Assembly: GCA_023205875.1 (NCBI GenBank)
Contig: CP060754.1
Coordinates: 744,001-808,000, forward strand
Source of the DNA: Chloropicon primus
Taxonomy: Eukaryota
Reading direction: 5' to 3'
Length of the DNA stretch: 64,000 nt
Shown: positions 22,461-34,259 of the stretch, in pieces
How the letters are laid out: every line of letters starts with the position of its first letter
Position numbering within the stretch: position 1 is the first letter of the stretch
Translations under genes and position numbers: made by a program
The notes under the pieces: generated by a model
Told to the model about the DNA's origin: nothing
The model's input: the letters and a program-made list of their open reading frames with translations, nothing else
Databases searched by the model: none

Positions 22461-23030
22461 ATGAAGGTCGCCGTCGCCGTGTTCGCGCAGGGGCGTCCGG
22501 AGGTCGCGCCGTCGTCGAGGGTGAGTCGTCGTGGTTTTTTCACCCCACTCCTCACGCCGCGAGTTCCGATCCGGGTTCTCTCTTCTTTTTTTGGTTGTTG
22601 CGTGGGCTGACCCCCCCCATCCTCCTTTTCGTCGTCGTTTGAGCAGCAGCAGCAGCAGGCCTCCGTCGCTTCCGTCGCCCGCCCTCGCCGTCGCACCAGC
22701 CAGCGAAACCCGCACCCCCGCCGGCCCGCCGTCGCGGTGTTCGCGTCCGAGGGGAAGGATGACGGGGAGACCTTGGGCAACCTGGACGCCATCCTGGGCG
22801 GGAACGAGGACCCGCTCGCCGGCCCGGAGGAGCCCTCGGAGGAGCCCTCGGAGGAGGACGGCTTCTTCGAGAGGAAGGCCATGTCCGAGGCCCAGAAGAA
22901 GAAGCTGAGGGACGAGTACCTGGCCTTTGGTGGAAGCGCCAACACCGCGATGGGGGCGAACTACTACTTGTACATCATCGTCATCATCTCCGCCCTGGCG
23001 GTGGCCGCCAAGCTCTCCGGAGCCATCTGA
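22461..23030 (+). CDS. Small plastid-targeted single-pass membrane protein; intron 22521-~22643
   Basis: Transit-like first exon, GTGAGT donor, acidic linker, LRDEYLAFGGS followed by a C-terminal TM helix. Confidence 0.7.
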
Positions 23031-23182
23031 GGCCGGCGCCTTCAACAGATCATCAAGTCCCAAAGAAGGAAGCACGCGCGCGCGCGCGTGTGTGTATACG
23101 TCGTTTGTGTCTATGTGTATATATATTGTGTGTGTGTGTGTGTGTGTGTGTGTTTGTGATGTGATTTGATGTGTTTGCTTTT

Positions 23183-23866
23183 TCACGCCCTCTCCGGCAC
23201 CACCAACGCCTCCCCCTCCGCCATTGCTTCCCCCTCTTTCCACCCCCCCTGGCCCCTGGAGCTCAGGAACTTCTTGTGGAACTGCCTGTGCGTGCGCTCG
23301 TCCGTCGGCTCGCCGATCGTGTACAGGAGGCCGCAGGTCGGGCACTTGACGGGCCCGAAATTCGACTGGCCCAGGTCGAGGTAGGCCTGGCGGAGCTTGG
23401 TGGGCACCGGCCCCCCGGGCCTGGGCTCGCCAACCTCCTCATTCGCCACCGGGGAGGAGGGGAGCTCCTCGACCCTCGGCCTCTTCCTCCTGCTGTACGT
23501 CTGGGCGGGCGTCCCCAGCCTCGCGAGGTCCGGCCCCCGCCTCCTCGCCGCAGGCTTCGCCTCCTGCTTCGGGGTCCGCTCCTCCTCCGCCCCGCAAGCC
23601 GGGCCCAGGCCCGCCCCCTCCTCCCCCCCTCGCGGCCGCTTCACGGGCGTCGCGAACTCCTCCCACTCCCGCCCTTCCCCTTCCAGCCTCCTCCTCTTTC
23701 CCTCCTCCTCGCCGTCGTCGCCGTCGTCGCGCTGCCGCCTCGTCGCCGTGACCGCGATCTCCCTCACCACGGGCCCCGTCCTCGGCTTGAAGAACTGCAG
23801 CAAGCTCATCGTCCCGCCCTTCTCCTTCCCCCCACTCGCCCCACCCTTCCCGCTTCTCCCCTTCAT
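23183..23866 (-). CDS. Eco1/ESCO-type zinc-finger protein lacking the acetyltransferase domain
   Basis: QAYLDLGQSNFGPVKCPTCGLLYTIGEPTDERTHRQFH is the Eco1/CTF7 PIP-like plus C2H2 signature; stop about 30 aa later. Start could be 23809 (MSLLQFF). Confidence 0.75.
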   Translation of the reverse strand: MKGRSGKGGASGGKEKGGTMSLLQFFKPRTGPVVREIAVTATRRQRDDGDDGEEEGKRRRLEGEGREWEEFATPVKRPRGGEEGAGLGPACGAEEERTPKQEAKPAARRRGPDLARLGTPAQTYSRRKRPRVEELPSSPVANEEVGEPRPGGPVPTKLRQAYLDLGQSNFGPVKCPTCGLLYTIGEPTDERTHRQFHKKFLSSRGQGGWKEGEAMAEGEALVVPERA

Positions 23867-23981
23867 CCTCTCCCCCCCTTCGTCTGTTCTCCCGCGAGTT
23901 CAAAAAAACAAACTCCCCTCTCTCTCTCGTCTCGTCTCTCTCTCTTTAGAAACGAGGGAAGGGGAGAGAGAGGGAGGGAGG

Positions 23982-24955
23982 ATGAGCGGAGGAACGGAGG
24001 AGAGCGTGGCGAAGCTGTCGACGAGGCTGCTGGAAGGATGGACGATGCTGTCGGAGACGTGTCCGCGAAAAGGGTGCACGGTGCCACTCATGAGGAGTAG
24101 GGATAATACCGAGGTAAGGACGAGGCAGCCTTCCCTACCCCCAAGGCAAAGGCGGGGTCTCTCGACTACTGGGTGGATGGGGGGGAGTGGAGACGAACGA
24201 ACTCGATCAAGAGAGGTTGAAGGGACTGACTTCTCTCCCCCCTCTCTCGCTGCATTCAGATAAGCTGCGTCAACTGCGGTACGCGGTACACGGACGACTA
24301 CAAGCCGGTCGGTGGGCTTGACCTGGGGGGGAGCGGACCGACGGGGCAGGGGGAGGCGGGAAGGTACGAGCCGCCGCCTTGCTCTCGCCCGGTGGGCGGC
24401 GTGGCGCGAGACACGGAGGTCGTCGCGCCACCAAAGCCAGAGCCACCAAGACTCTCGACATCACCGGCGAAGCCTCGCAAGAGGAGGGACGACAGCTGCA
24501 AGGGCCTGGCAGAGAAACTTCTTCAGGGCTGGACCCTCACGGATCAGTACTGCCCGGTGGAGCAGTGCCTCACCCCGCTCGTGAGGAGCAGGGACAAGAA
24601 GCTGCTTTGCGTGGACTGCGACAAGTGGGTGGTGACGGAGAACGAGGCCTACGCGAACGCGAGCCCGATGAAGCAGGAGCCGGCGCCGACCCCACCGGCC
24701 AAGGAGGCTTCTGCCCCCGCGGCACCCCAAGGGGTCGTCGGGAGCGGGGCGCAGGCGGTTAGGGACCACGCGGGCGTCTGCACGAGGGCAATCGACGTGC
24801 TGTTCAACAAAATGAACCTCTGCGTGAATCGGATGGAGAGACTGAACCAAGTTCCAGGAAGCGAGGCCTCCGAGCTGCTCGAGTTCCTGAGCAACACTTC
24901 GAAGACTATCTTGACGATGAGCGACTTGAGGGACTGCATGGAAGCCACGCGTTAA
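23982..24955 (+). CDS. SSSCA1/ZNRD2-like protein with two zinc-ribbon units; intron 24114-24259
   Basis: LLEGWTMLSETCPRKGCTVPLM...CVNC and LLQGWTLTDQYCPVEQCLTPLV...CVDC; phase-0 intron joins in frame. Confidence 0.82.
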
Positions 24956-25093
24956 AGGCCCACGAATCAGCGGTTGGGGCACAGGGAAGGGAAGAACGAA
25001 TGCCTAGAGAGGATAAGATTAATAGTAAAGCAAGTGTACAACAAAGTTTTTGTGCTATTTTACTTTATCATTTTTTGTGAATACAGTGACCGC

Positions 25094-27709
25094 TTACGAG
25101 TTGTCCGAAGAGTGACTCTCGAAGACTTTCTCTATGTCTTTAATCCTGAAAGGCTTGGCGATCCAGTGGGAGAAGCCCTGCACGAAGCACTTCTCCTTGG
25201 TCTCCGCAAAGGCGTCCGCCGTCACAGCAACAATCTTGCAGCTGCTTACCTCGCCGTAGGTTTCCTTGAGCTCCTTGACCACCTCCATCCCGCCCTTCCT
25301 TGGCATGTGCAAGTCCATAAATATCACATCAAAAGCACTCGGACCACCCCTGCTGTGGATCTCCCTCAACGCGATGACTCCATCCTCAGCCGTGGTGATG
25401 TCCATGAAGCCAAGCCTCCTCAAAATTCCAAGGCACACTTTCATGTTGATGACGTTGTCCTCGGCGATCATTATTCTACACTTGGAATCTGGAACGCAGC
25501 GGGGGCCTCCAGATTCCTTCTTCGCTTCCAGCATCTTGGTGAGTGGCTTGTCCATGGCCAAGAACCTCTTTGTGCTGCACAGCTCCTCCAGCGCGTTCTT
25601 CAGCCTGCCGTGCCTGACGGGTCTCTGCACGCAGAGGTGGGGAAAGCTGCCAAGATCATTCTCCAGGGGAGATCTCAAGTTCTTGGACGTGTCTCCAATG
25701 CCGTTGATCTCGTCCGCCGCAGGCCAGACGATAAACACGATGGAGATGTCCCTCTTCTGCTCGACGAGAGCCTTCATGAGATGCTTGCAGTCCTTGTCTA
25801 TGATGACAAAGTCCAGAAGGATGTTGTTCTTGTTGATGGATCGCCCCGCGGTAGACGGTCCCGAAGGCCACACCAGGTAGGCCAGGGCGGACTGCTCCGA
25901 CGCAAAGGGAGTTACCTTGAGCCCCCAGGCTCTCATGGCCTTCGAGAGCGACTCCCTCACCGCGTCGTTCTCCTCCACGATAATGCAAGCCTTCCCGTCC
26001 AAGCCGTTGTGGTAGCTCTTGTCCGTGGACTGGGTGTCAGGCATGACGTCGACTATCGGCGTCTTGACGACTGTCTCGGACTTTTGCTGCCTCGAGTGAC
26101 ACTTAAGCGTGCAGTGGAAGATGCTTCCCTTCCCCAGACCCTTGCTCTCTGCCCACATCTCCCCTCCCATGGCCTCACAGAGCTTCTTGCTGATGGCGAG
26201 CCCGAGGCCCGTGCCCCCGTACCTCCTCGTCGACATCTCTTCGAGCTGGGTGAACGACACGAAGAGCCGCGACAGGCCCTCGGCGGTCATCCCCACGCCC
26301 GTGTCCTTCACGGAGAAATGAATGAGGTACAGGATGTCATTATCCGAGATATCGCTCTTGCTGTAGCTCGGGATCACTTCGTTGTTCTCCACGCCAGGCT
26401 GGTCGATCATCTTCGTGTCGCAGACTTGCACGGAGGCTTCCAGGGAGATGATCCCGGATTCCGTGAACTTGACGGCGTTGTAGAGCACGTTCAGCAGGAC
26501 CTGCTTGATCCTCGTGGAGTCGCCCCGCAGGGTCTCCGGAACGTGGGGAGAGAGGCTGTACGCCACGTGCAGCTTCTTCTGAGCCGCCTTCAGCCCAGCG
26601 ATCTCGATGGTGTCCTCTATGATGCTCTGCAAGCTGAAGTCGTGAATGTACAACGAGAGCTTGTTCGCCTCGATCTTGCTGAAGTCCAGGATGTCCGTGA
26701 TCAGAGCCAGCAAGGTCTCCCCGGAGCACCTGATCGTGTTCACGAGGTCCCTCTGCTGGTGGGTCAGCCTGGTCTCCGCCAGCAGCTGGCCCACCGCGAT
26801 CATTCCGTTCAGCGGCGTCCTGATCTCGTGGCTCATCCTCGCCAGGAACTGGCTCTTCGCCTCGTTCGCCGAGAGGGCCTTGTCCGCCGCGTCCTTGGCC
26901 TCGATCTCGGCCTTCTGCCTCTGTATCAGCTCCGTGATGTCACTCTGAATCCCCACGTAGTGCTGGAGCATCCCGTCGTTGTCGAATATCGGGGTCAAAC
27001 TGAGGTAATTGATAAACATTTCCCCGTTCTTCCTGTAGTTCGTCAGCTTCACCGCGCAGGACTTCCTCTCGGAGACCGCCTGCCTCAGCGTCGCTATGGC
27101 GCTCTGCTCGGTGTTGGGCCCCTGGAGGAACCTGCAGTTCCTCCCCAGGGTCTCGCTCTCCGAGTACCCGGTCATCCTGACGAAGCCCTCGTTCGCGTAA
27201 ATGATGGGAAAGTCGGTCTGGTTGCAGTCCACGATCGTGATTCCCTCCTTGAGCACGTTCATGGACTTCTCCTTGAGCCAGAGGTCCTCCAGGGTCGACA
27301 GGGAGGGCATCTCCTTGGAGCAGCTCTCCCTCCTGTTGCTCAGCATCCGGTCGAGCTCAATCCTCAGCCTCTTCGAGGACTCCCTCTCCGCCTTGAGCGC
27401 CTTGTTCAGCCGAGAGACCTCCCGCTGCAGGTAGTCCACGTTCTGAACCGTGTTCCCGCTCGACGTCTCGGGCGCCGGGGACGCGCTGTACCTCGTCCGC
27501 CCCTTTATCCTGTCCACCGACCCCAGGGACTCGCTGCATTCCTCGCGAGGCCTGTGCGAAGGGAGGGAGCGCGTGTCGTGTCGTGTCGTGTCAGAAAAAA
27601 GAAAGAAAGAGTTCAGAGGGGGCGAAAAAACTTACCTCTTCTTCCTTGGCGGCGACAACGCCCTCGTGCCCGCCTCGTCGTCCTTGAGGGTGGAGGCGCT
27701 CCTCGACAT
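25094..27709 (-). CDS. LOV-domain hybrid histidine kinase; first exon 27709-27636
   Basis: LOV signature GRNCRFLQG and NYRKNG; H-box MSHEIRTPLNG; N/G boxes NAVKFT, DTGVG, GGTGLGL; degenerate receiver then receiver with DLHMP and AKP. Confidence 0.93.
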
Positions 27710-28397
27710 GGCGAAGGAGAACTTCCGACGAGAACCGGGGGCTTCGAGTCAGTCGAGAGTGCGAACTCCCCCCCCCTCTCTCTCTCGTGCGTGCGTGCGT
27801 GCGTGTGTGTCCTCTCCCGCCCGCTCCTCGCTTTTCTTCTCCCTTCCCGGAAACCAAACCAAACCAAAAACTTCAAGCAGACGACCTCAGTGGACCCGCA
27901 TGTGACGGCAGCTGGATCGAGTCGTGCTCGTCGTCGTGCTCTCGTCGTCGCCGCTCTCGTCGTCGTCGCGCTCTCGTCGCGCTCCCTCGTCCGTGTCTTT
28001 TGGTTCAAAGCGCCTTTCCTTTCCCTTCGTTGTCAACTTCGTCGCTCGCCTTTGTTCTGGCGGGGGTCGGGCCCAGTAGAAATCCCATCTTGGGGGAAGA
28101 GATCAATGCAAGGACCAGGAGGAGGGCTCTCCGCCTCACAACGGCGATCAGATTTGCTTTCGCTTCGAGATAACCTTTTGGAAAACTTGGACTTTTCTGA
28201 TGGGAGAAGTCACCAAGAAGAGGCGCTTACATTGATCTCTTTTCCGACTGGACAGGGTCACGATCACCGTCTCGTCGCCCTCCGACGCATCCCTGCTGCG
28301 TCTTTCGAGAAGCTTGCCACACCACCAAAAACAAAAACAGAAACTAAAAAATAACTTAAAAGACTTTAGAGCCCACGTCCACGTCCGCGTCCCTCCT

Positions 28398-29330
28398 TCA
28401 CGTCGTCGCCGTAGTCGTTGTCGCCGCCCGTCGCAGGCCCAGAACCACGGCGCCGTGGGCGAAGAGGAACTGCTCGGGCGTCTGCACCATGCCGAGCCTC
28501 TTCGATCTGAGCTCCCGCAGGACGTGGACCAGGCGCACCGCCTCGGCGTCCCCCGGCCCGAGGGCGCGCTCGGAGCCCAGAACCCTCCGGAGCACGATGT
28601 CGATCATGCAGAACGTCCCCGTCCTCCCGATGCCCGCGCTGCAGTGGACGACCACCCGGTCCCCCCCGTGGCGCGACCGGACGAGGCCGGCGAGCTCGAC
28701 CATGGACTCGGGGGAGTCCGGGGTCCCGTGGTCGGGCCAGCTGTCGTAGAAGAAGTGGCTCACCCGGCGCGGCTCCCCCGGGCCGTCGCGGGGGCGCACC
28801 TCCAGGACCCGGCGCTCGACGCCCGATCCCGCGCGGTCCGCGGCCTTGGCCTCCACGACGAAGCCCCTCGTCTCGAAGGTCTCCCCCAGCCCGAACGGGA
28901 AGTACTTGGCGCACTTGGGCATCATGTCCTCCACGAGGTCGCACAGCATCACCACCGCCTTCACGTCCTGCTCCACGACCATGGTCCAAAAGTCGTCCGT
29001 GGTCTCCTCGATCGGACCCTGGGACGCGATGTAGGAGAAGCGGGCGAGGTCGCCCGGCCCGCTCTCCACGTGGCAGGCGTTGACGTAGTCCCCGCCCCCG
29101 AGGCCCCCCCGCGCCAGCCTCACCCGCGTCCCCTCGTACGGAAGAACGTTCATGTACCTGTCGCACCGCGGATTGAACTCGCAGACCTTGGCCCCGGGCG
29201 CCGCGTACGGCACCGACCTGAAGCCCCGCTGCAGGTTCTCCGGCGCGTGCCCGTCGCCCTCCAGCTCCCCCAGGGCCCAAGACGCGTTCCTCGACGCCAC
29301 ACCAGCAGCAGCAGCCTCGGCAGCCTCCAT
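28398..29330 (-). CDS. Classical protein tyrosine phosphatase
   Basis: DRYMNVLPY, DYVNAC, YIASQGP, DFWTMV, WPDHG, HCSAGIGRTG and VQTPEQF motifs. Confidence 0.93.
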   Translation of the reverse strand: MEAAEAAAAGVASRNASWALGELEGDGHAPENLQRGFRSVPYAAPGAKVCEFNPRCDRYMNVLPYEGTRVRLARGGLGGGDYVNACHVESGPGDLARFSYIASQGPIEETTDDFWTMVVEQDVKAVVMLCDLVEDMMPKCAKYFPFGLGETFETRGFVVEAKAADRAGSGVERRVLEVRPRDGPGEPRRVSHFFYDSWPDHGTPDSPESMVELAGLVRSRHGGDRVVVHCSAGIGRTGTFCMIDIVLRRVLGSERALGPGDAEAVRLVHVLRELRSKRLGMVQTPEQFLFAHGAVVLGLRRAATTTTATT

Positions 29331-29662
29331 CCTTCGTCCGAAACAGCAAAGCGTAGACAACGAGAACAACAAGACGAGACGAGACGTCTGAGAACTGAGG
29401 AGGCCACGAGCGAGCGAGGCGCCACCAACGACAGAGCCGGGAGCGCGAACCTTTTGCTCCTGGCCTGGCCAAAAGCAGAACGTTTTTCCTTGATTGATTA
29501 CACCTATTTGTGCAATATGTGGTACACCCAAACCGAGCAACCAATCGGAAATCAATCCTCCTCGCGGAGATCTTCTTGTCTTATCTCCTGAGAGAGAGAT
29601 CGGAGCGAGGAACACCGGAGTGGAAGAACCGAAACCCGCAGACGACGACGAAGAGGACTACG

Positions 29663-30213
29663 ATGGCGATGACGACGAAGGTTTCGGGTGTGGCGGCGAG
29701 GCAGGCTCTCGTGGTAGCGGAGAAGAGGGCGACGGTGCGCTGCCAAGCGGCGAGGGGGCATCGTGCATCCTCGGGCGTCCAGGGAAGGAGGCAGGTCTTC
29801 TCCCTCTTGGCCGGGACCCTCGGTCTCGTGGCCCTCGGGGGCCAGGCGGAGGCCGCCGTCCCAAGCGTGAGTAGTGGAACAAAACAACACAATTGCTCGG
29901 GAGGCTGCGACTGACAAGGCTTTCTTCTCCCCTTTTGTAGGTCGAGACCATGTTGGAGAGGTCCCAGGCGAACAAGGACCTGAACGACAAGAAGCGCGCG
30001 GCCACGTCCGGCGCCAACTTGGCGAGGTCCAGGACCGTGACGGACGGGACCTGCGCGTTCCCCAACAACCTCATCGGCTGCGAGAACCTCGCGGAGCTCG
30101 GAGACGTCAAGTACCTCTCGGACGACATCAAGCTCGAGTGCGAGGGCACTCCTGACGACGAGGCGTGCAGGGCGAAGAGGGCCGGAAGCCCTCCATCCTT
30201 CCTCGGGGTCTAA
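29663..30213 (+). CDS. psaN: Photosystem I subunit N; intron 29867-29940
   Basis: Bipartite transit peptide with twin-Arg and AEA site; LERSQANKDLNDKKRAATSGANLARSRTVTDGTCAFPNN. Confidence 0.93.
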
Positions 30214-30360
30214 GAAGCTCGGAGTCTTCAAATTGTTTTATACACACCATCTTACAAAAGCGACAAAAATTGTTCTTTTCATATCGTACAACAACACACA
30301 ACACAGAAACTTCCAAAAACAACGTCTCATCTTTCTCTTCCCACTTCCCACTTCCTACAC

Positions 30361-31980
30361 TTACTTCACTGAAGCCTTCACGGTCTTGCGGGAGATCGTG
30401 TCGCTCAGCAGCTTCTTCTGGTCGTCCACGTTGAAGTCTGTGTAGCCCCGGATGACCCTCTCGGAGGGCGTCGACACGCTCTTCAGCCTGTTGAGGTGGC
30501 GGAACCTCGCCTGCCGCCCGAGGGCGTCGGGGCGGACGAACAGGACGGCCTGCTCGAGTGAGTCCCGGTTCAAGTCGATCCCGTCGTGGCCTACCGGAAC
30601 CTTCGGCTTCGCCAGCCGAGATATGGTGTTCGCCCTAATCAGCGTGGAGTTGCGCTTCATACGCCGCGTCAGGTCGCCCGGGACCTTGGGCGCGAACTCG
30701 ACCTTGCCGTCCTTGTTCTGGGCGCCCCTCGCGGCCTTCGCCGACTTGCTCTTATGGCTCGACTTGACTTGGGACACCAGGGAGGTCGGCTTCATCCTGA
30801 ACTTGCTGTGCACCTCCTCCGCCTCGATCAGGCTCGCTATCCTGACCTTCTGGTACTCCCGCTTCATCTTGGCCTCCAGCAGGATCTGGTCGATGATGAG
30901 CTTTGGAATCTTCTCCTCGAGGATCTGAGCCTCCAGGGTGTAAATCTCCGTGGTCGTCCCCGCGATCACCGTCGAGTTCATGGGAACCTGGGCGAGTACC
31001 TCCTCCTCCCCGAAGAGGGCCTTGGACCCCAGGACGCTCACGAAGAGCTCCTTGCTCCCCTTCCAGTCGTCGTAACCGTGCTTCCTCGGGGTGATGTACA
31101 AGTTGCAGTAACCCTCCTTGATCAGGAAGCAGTGCGTGGCCTTGTCGCCCTCCCTGTACACCACCTCGTCCTTGTTGTAAGTCTTGGGCTGGAAAAAGTA
31201 GATCAAGTTCTGCAAGTGCGTGGACTGCATGTTCTTCTCCGTCTGCTGGAAGATGGAGACCCCTTTGAAGAAGTTCCTCTTCTCCTCCAGGGCCTTGCTC
31301 AGCCCTCCGCCCACAATGTTCTGGTACTCCTCCCGGATGAAAACCATGAGGTAGGTGACCCCCGCCGCTCTCACCGTGGCGGCACGGGGACTGTTCGTGA
31401 TGAGCGCGAGCTCGCCAAAACCGCACTGGGCGCCGAGCTGGGCCACGACGATCTCCTCGGGCTCCTCCTCCTCCAGGGGCGGGCTCTCGTCCGACCCGTG
31501 GCTCTCTTTCGCCTTCTTCTTCTCCGTGTCTCCCTTGTTCGGGTACTTTGGGATAGAAATGTCCACCGAGCCCGACAAGACCACGTAGTACTTGTCACCA
31601 TAGTCACCGTGCAGGAAAACGGTCTCTTTGTCCTCGAACTTTTCCAGCTGTGCTGAACGCAGGAGCTCCTCTCTGGCGGACTGGGCCAGCTTCTTGAACT
31701 CCGATATCTTATTCGTGAAGGCCTGCAGAGGCAGGAGGTTCTCCTTGGAGCGGTTCGCGCAGGGAAGGCTCAGACTTTCCATACATAGCCTGATGATTTT
31801 TTGCAGTTTCTGTTGGGTTCACGCAAAAGTCCGTCGGTCAATAACCAAGACCACACGCACACAAGTCCGTCTGCACCGCCTTACCTTGTTCTCCTCAAGC
31901 TTCTTCTCCTCCACCTTCTTCTCCTGCCCTTCCTCCTCCTCGACCTCCTTCTTGGCGGAGCTCTCTTCCTCCTTGTCCAT
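30361..31980 (-). CDS. Protein with two cyclic-nucleotide-binding domains; intron 31884-31810
   Basis: GDYGDKYYVVLSG...FGELALITNSPRAATV and EGDKATHCFLIKEG...FGEEEV; an acidic first exon joins in frame. Confidence 0.85.
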
Positions 31981-32286
31981 CTCTCGTCCAGTCAATCTTC
32001 GTCGCTACCCGGCGATTAGTCTACCCTATACCCCTTCTGCGACCCCTCCATCTTCACTTGTCGCAACCAACCACTCCACCTTCTCCCCCTCTGGTCTGCT
32101 GTGCTCCCTTCCCTTCCCTGTGTTGCCCCCTGGACTTCACCTTACCTTCAAGGTCAACAACAATTTCGAAATCGTACAGCCAGACAAAAGTTTGGTACCA
32201 ACAAGTTTTGGGGGAAGAACGGAGGAGGAAGAGACGTGCATGTCGGAGGAACTGGGACGACAGGCGGAACAAAACCTTCTTTGCTT

Positions 32287-32993
32287 TCAGTCAATGTCAT
32301 TTAGATTCTCCTCGTAACATGGCATCGGCTTTTCTGTCTTGCTCTCCGGGGGCTCCGAAGGCGTTGCGGTCGCCGGCAAAAGCTTCGCCTGCTCCGGATT
32401 GGCGAGGAACAGCTTCTCCGCTGCTTGCATCGTGATCAGTTTGGGGCCGCTCTTGTCATACGTCTTTGAGCGGACCACGTTGTAAGTCAAGTACTTGGAG
32501 GAGTCCTCTGCCCCTGGAATCGGCAACCATACAGGCAGAGAAGGGAGACGGAATCAAGTCAGGTGCGGGCTCGAGGCGACATCCTCCGAATGGTTTTCGA
32601 TAACACGCCGCGCCCTTTCCTCACCTTCGATGGACGAGTACAACTCGCCGAGCTTCTCCTGCAATGCGTCCAACTCCTCCTCCTGCAAATATGGCGAAGC
32701 GGTCCGCAATCAATCGAAGTGTGTTTGTTAGCCATCCGGTTTCGAGACACGACGGGAATTGGGAGGACGGCAAGGTTTGTCACGAGATCGCGTCAGTCGC
32801 TTGGCGTCCGGTCCGCGGGGAAGAGACTCTCGAGGGAGAGGGTCCCGCCCGATCCTCGACTCTTGCCCCCCCTTACCTGTTCAGCCTCGAGCTCGTATCT
32901 CAGCTTCTGGGCGAGCGTTTGCGGTTGCGATATCCCTGCAGTCTCCGCGTTGCTCAGGTTTTGCACTTTCATCAAGTACTCGGAAGACCCCAT
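32287..32993 (-). CDS. Small three-exon hypothetical protein; exons 32993-32877, 32682-32625, 32513-32287
   Basis: GTAAGG and GTGAGG donors with CAG acceptors give one continuous frame of about 133 aa; no family recognised. Confidence 0.6.
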
Positions 32994-33206
32994 GTCGTGC
33001 GTTGGCTCTCGTCCCCTTCCCCCACCTCCTCAACACACACGCGCGCGCGCAGACAACCACCCCCCCCCCAAAATAACGCTCGCCCTCCGCCCTCCGCCCT
33101 AAAACCTTTTGAGGGTTTCAGAGAGAAAGCGAAAGCGGAGGAAGAGAGAGAGAGAGAGGGAGAGAGAGGGAGAGAGAGAGAGAGAGAGGGAGGGAGAGAG
33201 AGAGAG

Positions 33207-34079
33207 ATGCAGGCGATTGAGATATCGCCATTCACGAAGGATGTGTTGAAGGGGAAGGTTGCGGCGGTGACGGGGGGGAGCTCGGGCATCGGGCTGGAGA
33301 TAGCGAAACAGCTGGGTCTTCACGGAGCTCACGTGGCCATCTGTGGCAGGAGGCAGAAGCCCATCGACGATGCAGTTGCGGAGTTCGCTTCTTTGGGAAT
33401 CAGGGCCTTCGGGGCGCAGTGCGATGTGAGGAAGCCCGAGCACGCCACGAGCTTCATCAACGGCGCCGTGAGGGAGTTCGGCAGGCTCGACATCTTGGTG
33501 AACTCCGCTGCCGGTAACTTTTTGTGCCCAGCAGAGGACTTGAGCGTGAACGGGTTCAAGACCGTGATGGAGATCGACGCCGTGGGCGTGTTCAACATGT
33601 CCAAGGCGGCGTTCGAGGCCCTCAGGGGTCACGGAACGATCGTGAACATCAGCGCAACCTTGCACTACGGCGCGACTTGGTTCCAAGTCCACGCCAGCTC
33701 GGCCAAGGCGGCCATCGACAGCATCACGAGGACTTTGGGCATGGAGTGGGGTCCGGAAGGCATCAGGACGGTCGGAGTCGCCCCAGGACCGGTGGCTGGA
33801 ACCGCAGGAATGACGAAGCTGGCTCCAGGGATGAGCGACGCGGTGAACGAGCTCGTCCCTCTCAAGAGGATGGCTACAAAGTGGGAGATTGCGATGAGCG
33901 TTCTGTTTTTGGTTTCCAACGGTGCGGGTTACATCACAGGAGAGACCCTGGTGGTGGACGGCGGGTCTTGGCTGAACACCTCGCTCACCCCACCAATCCC
34001 GAAGGAGCTGATCAGGCAGGCCTCCAGGGACATTGAGAAGAAGAGCAGGAACACTGGACTCGCCAGGAGCAAGCTCTGA
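33207..34079 (+). CDS. DECR2: Peroxisomal 2,4-dienoyl-CoA reductase (SDR family)
   Basis: TGGSSGIG, NSAAGNFLCPAEDLSVNGFKTV, NISATLHY; C-terminal PTS1 SKL. Confidence 0.92.
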   Translation: MQAIEISPFTKDVLKGKVAAVTGGSSGIGLEIAKQLGLHGAHVAICGRRQKPIDDAVAEFASLGIRAFGAQCDVRKPEHATSFINGAVREFGRLDILVNSAAGNFLCPAEDLSVNGFKTVMEIDAVGVFNMSKAAFEALRGHGTIVNISATLHYGATWFQVHASSAKAAIDSITRTLGMEWGPEGIRTVGVAPGPVAGTAGMTKLAPGMSDAVNELVPLKRMATKWEIAMSVLFLVSNGAGYITGETLVVDGGSWLNTSLTPPIPKELIRQASRDIEKKSRNTGLARSKL

Positions 34080-34259
34080 GGGCGCCGTGGTCCGCCACCC
34101 AAGCAGGCTGGCTTCTCTCTACACATGCTGATTTCGAACTACCTAAATTATGTTATTTCACTTTGAACTTATGTACACGCGTGCACGCTAAAAGAACTTG
34201 GGTCTCCCTACGCGTCGTTTCCTTTCCGCTCGACAACAAACTTGATGATTCCCCAAACC

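Noticed and set aside
21777..23345. 522-aa minus-strand ORF as the missing Eco1 acetyltransferase part
   Set aside because: It reads through microsatellites and antisense coding sequence and shows no GNAT-like motifs.
24974..28354. 1126-aa plus-strand ORF opposite the LOV-HK
   Set aside because: Antisense shadow expected from strong GC3 codon bias; no motifs, and it runs through intron and promoter sequence.
25094..31980. LOV-HK, PTP, PsaN and cNMP protein as a functional light-signalling cluster
   Set aside because: Adjacency alone is weak evidence in a gene-dense eukaryote; no shared regulatory feature was visible.
32287..32289. TGA as selenocysteine or readthrough linking the small gene to the cNMP gene
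   Set aside because: No redox-motif context, no recognisable SECIS, and no demonstrable in-frame join downstream.
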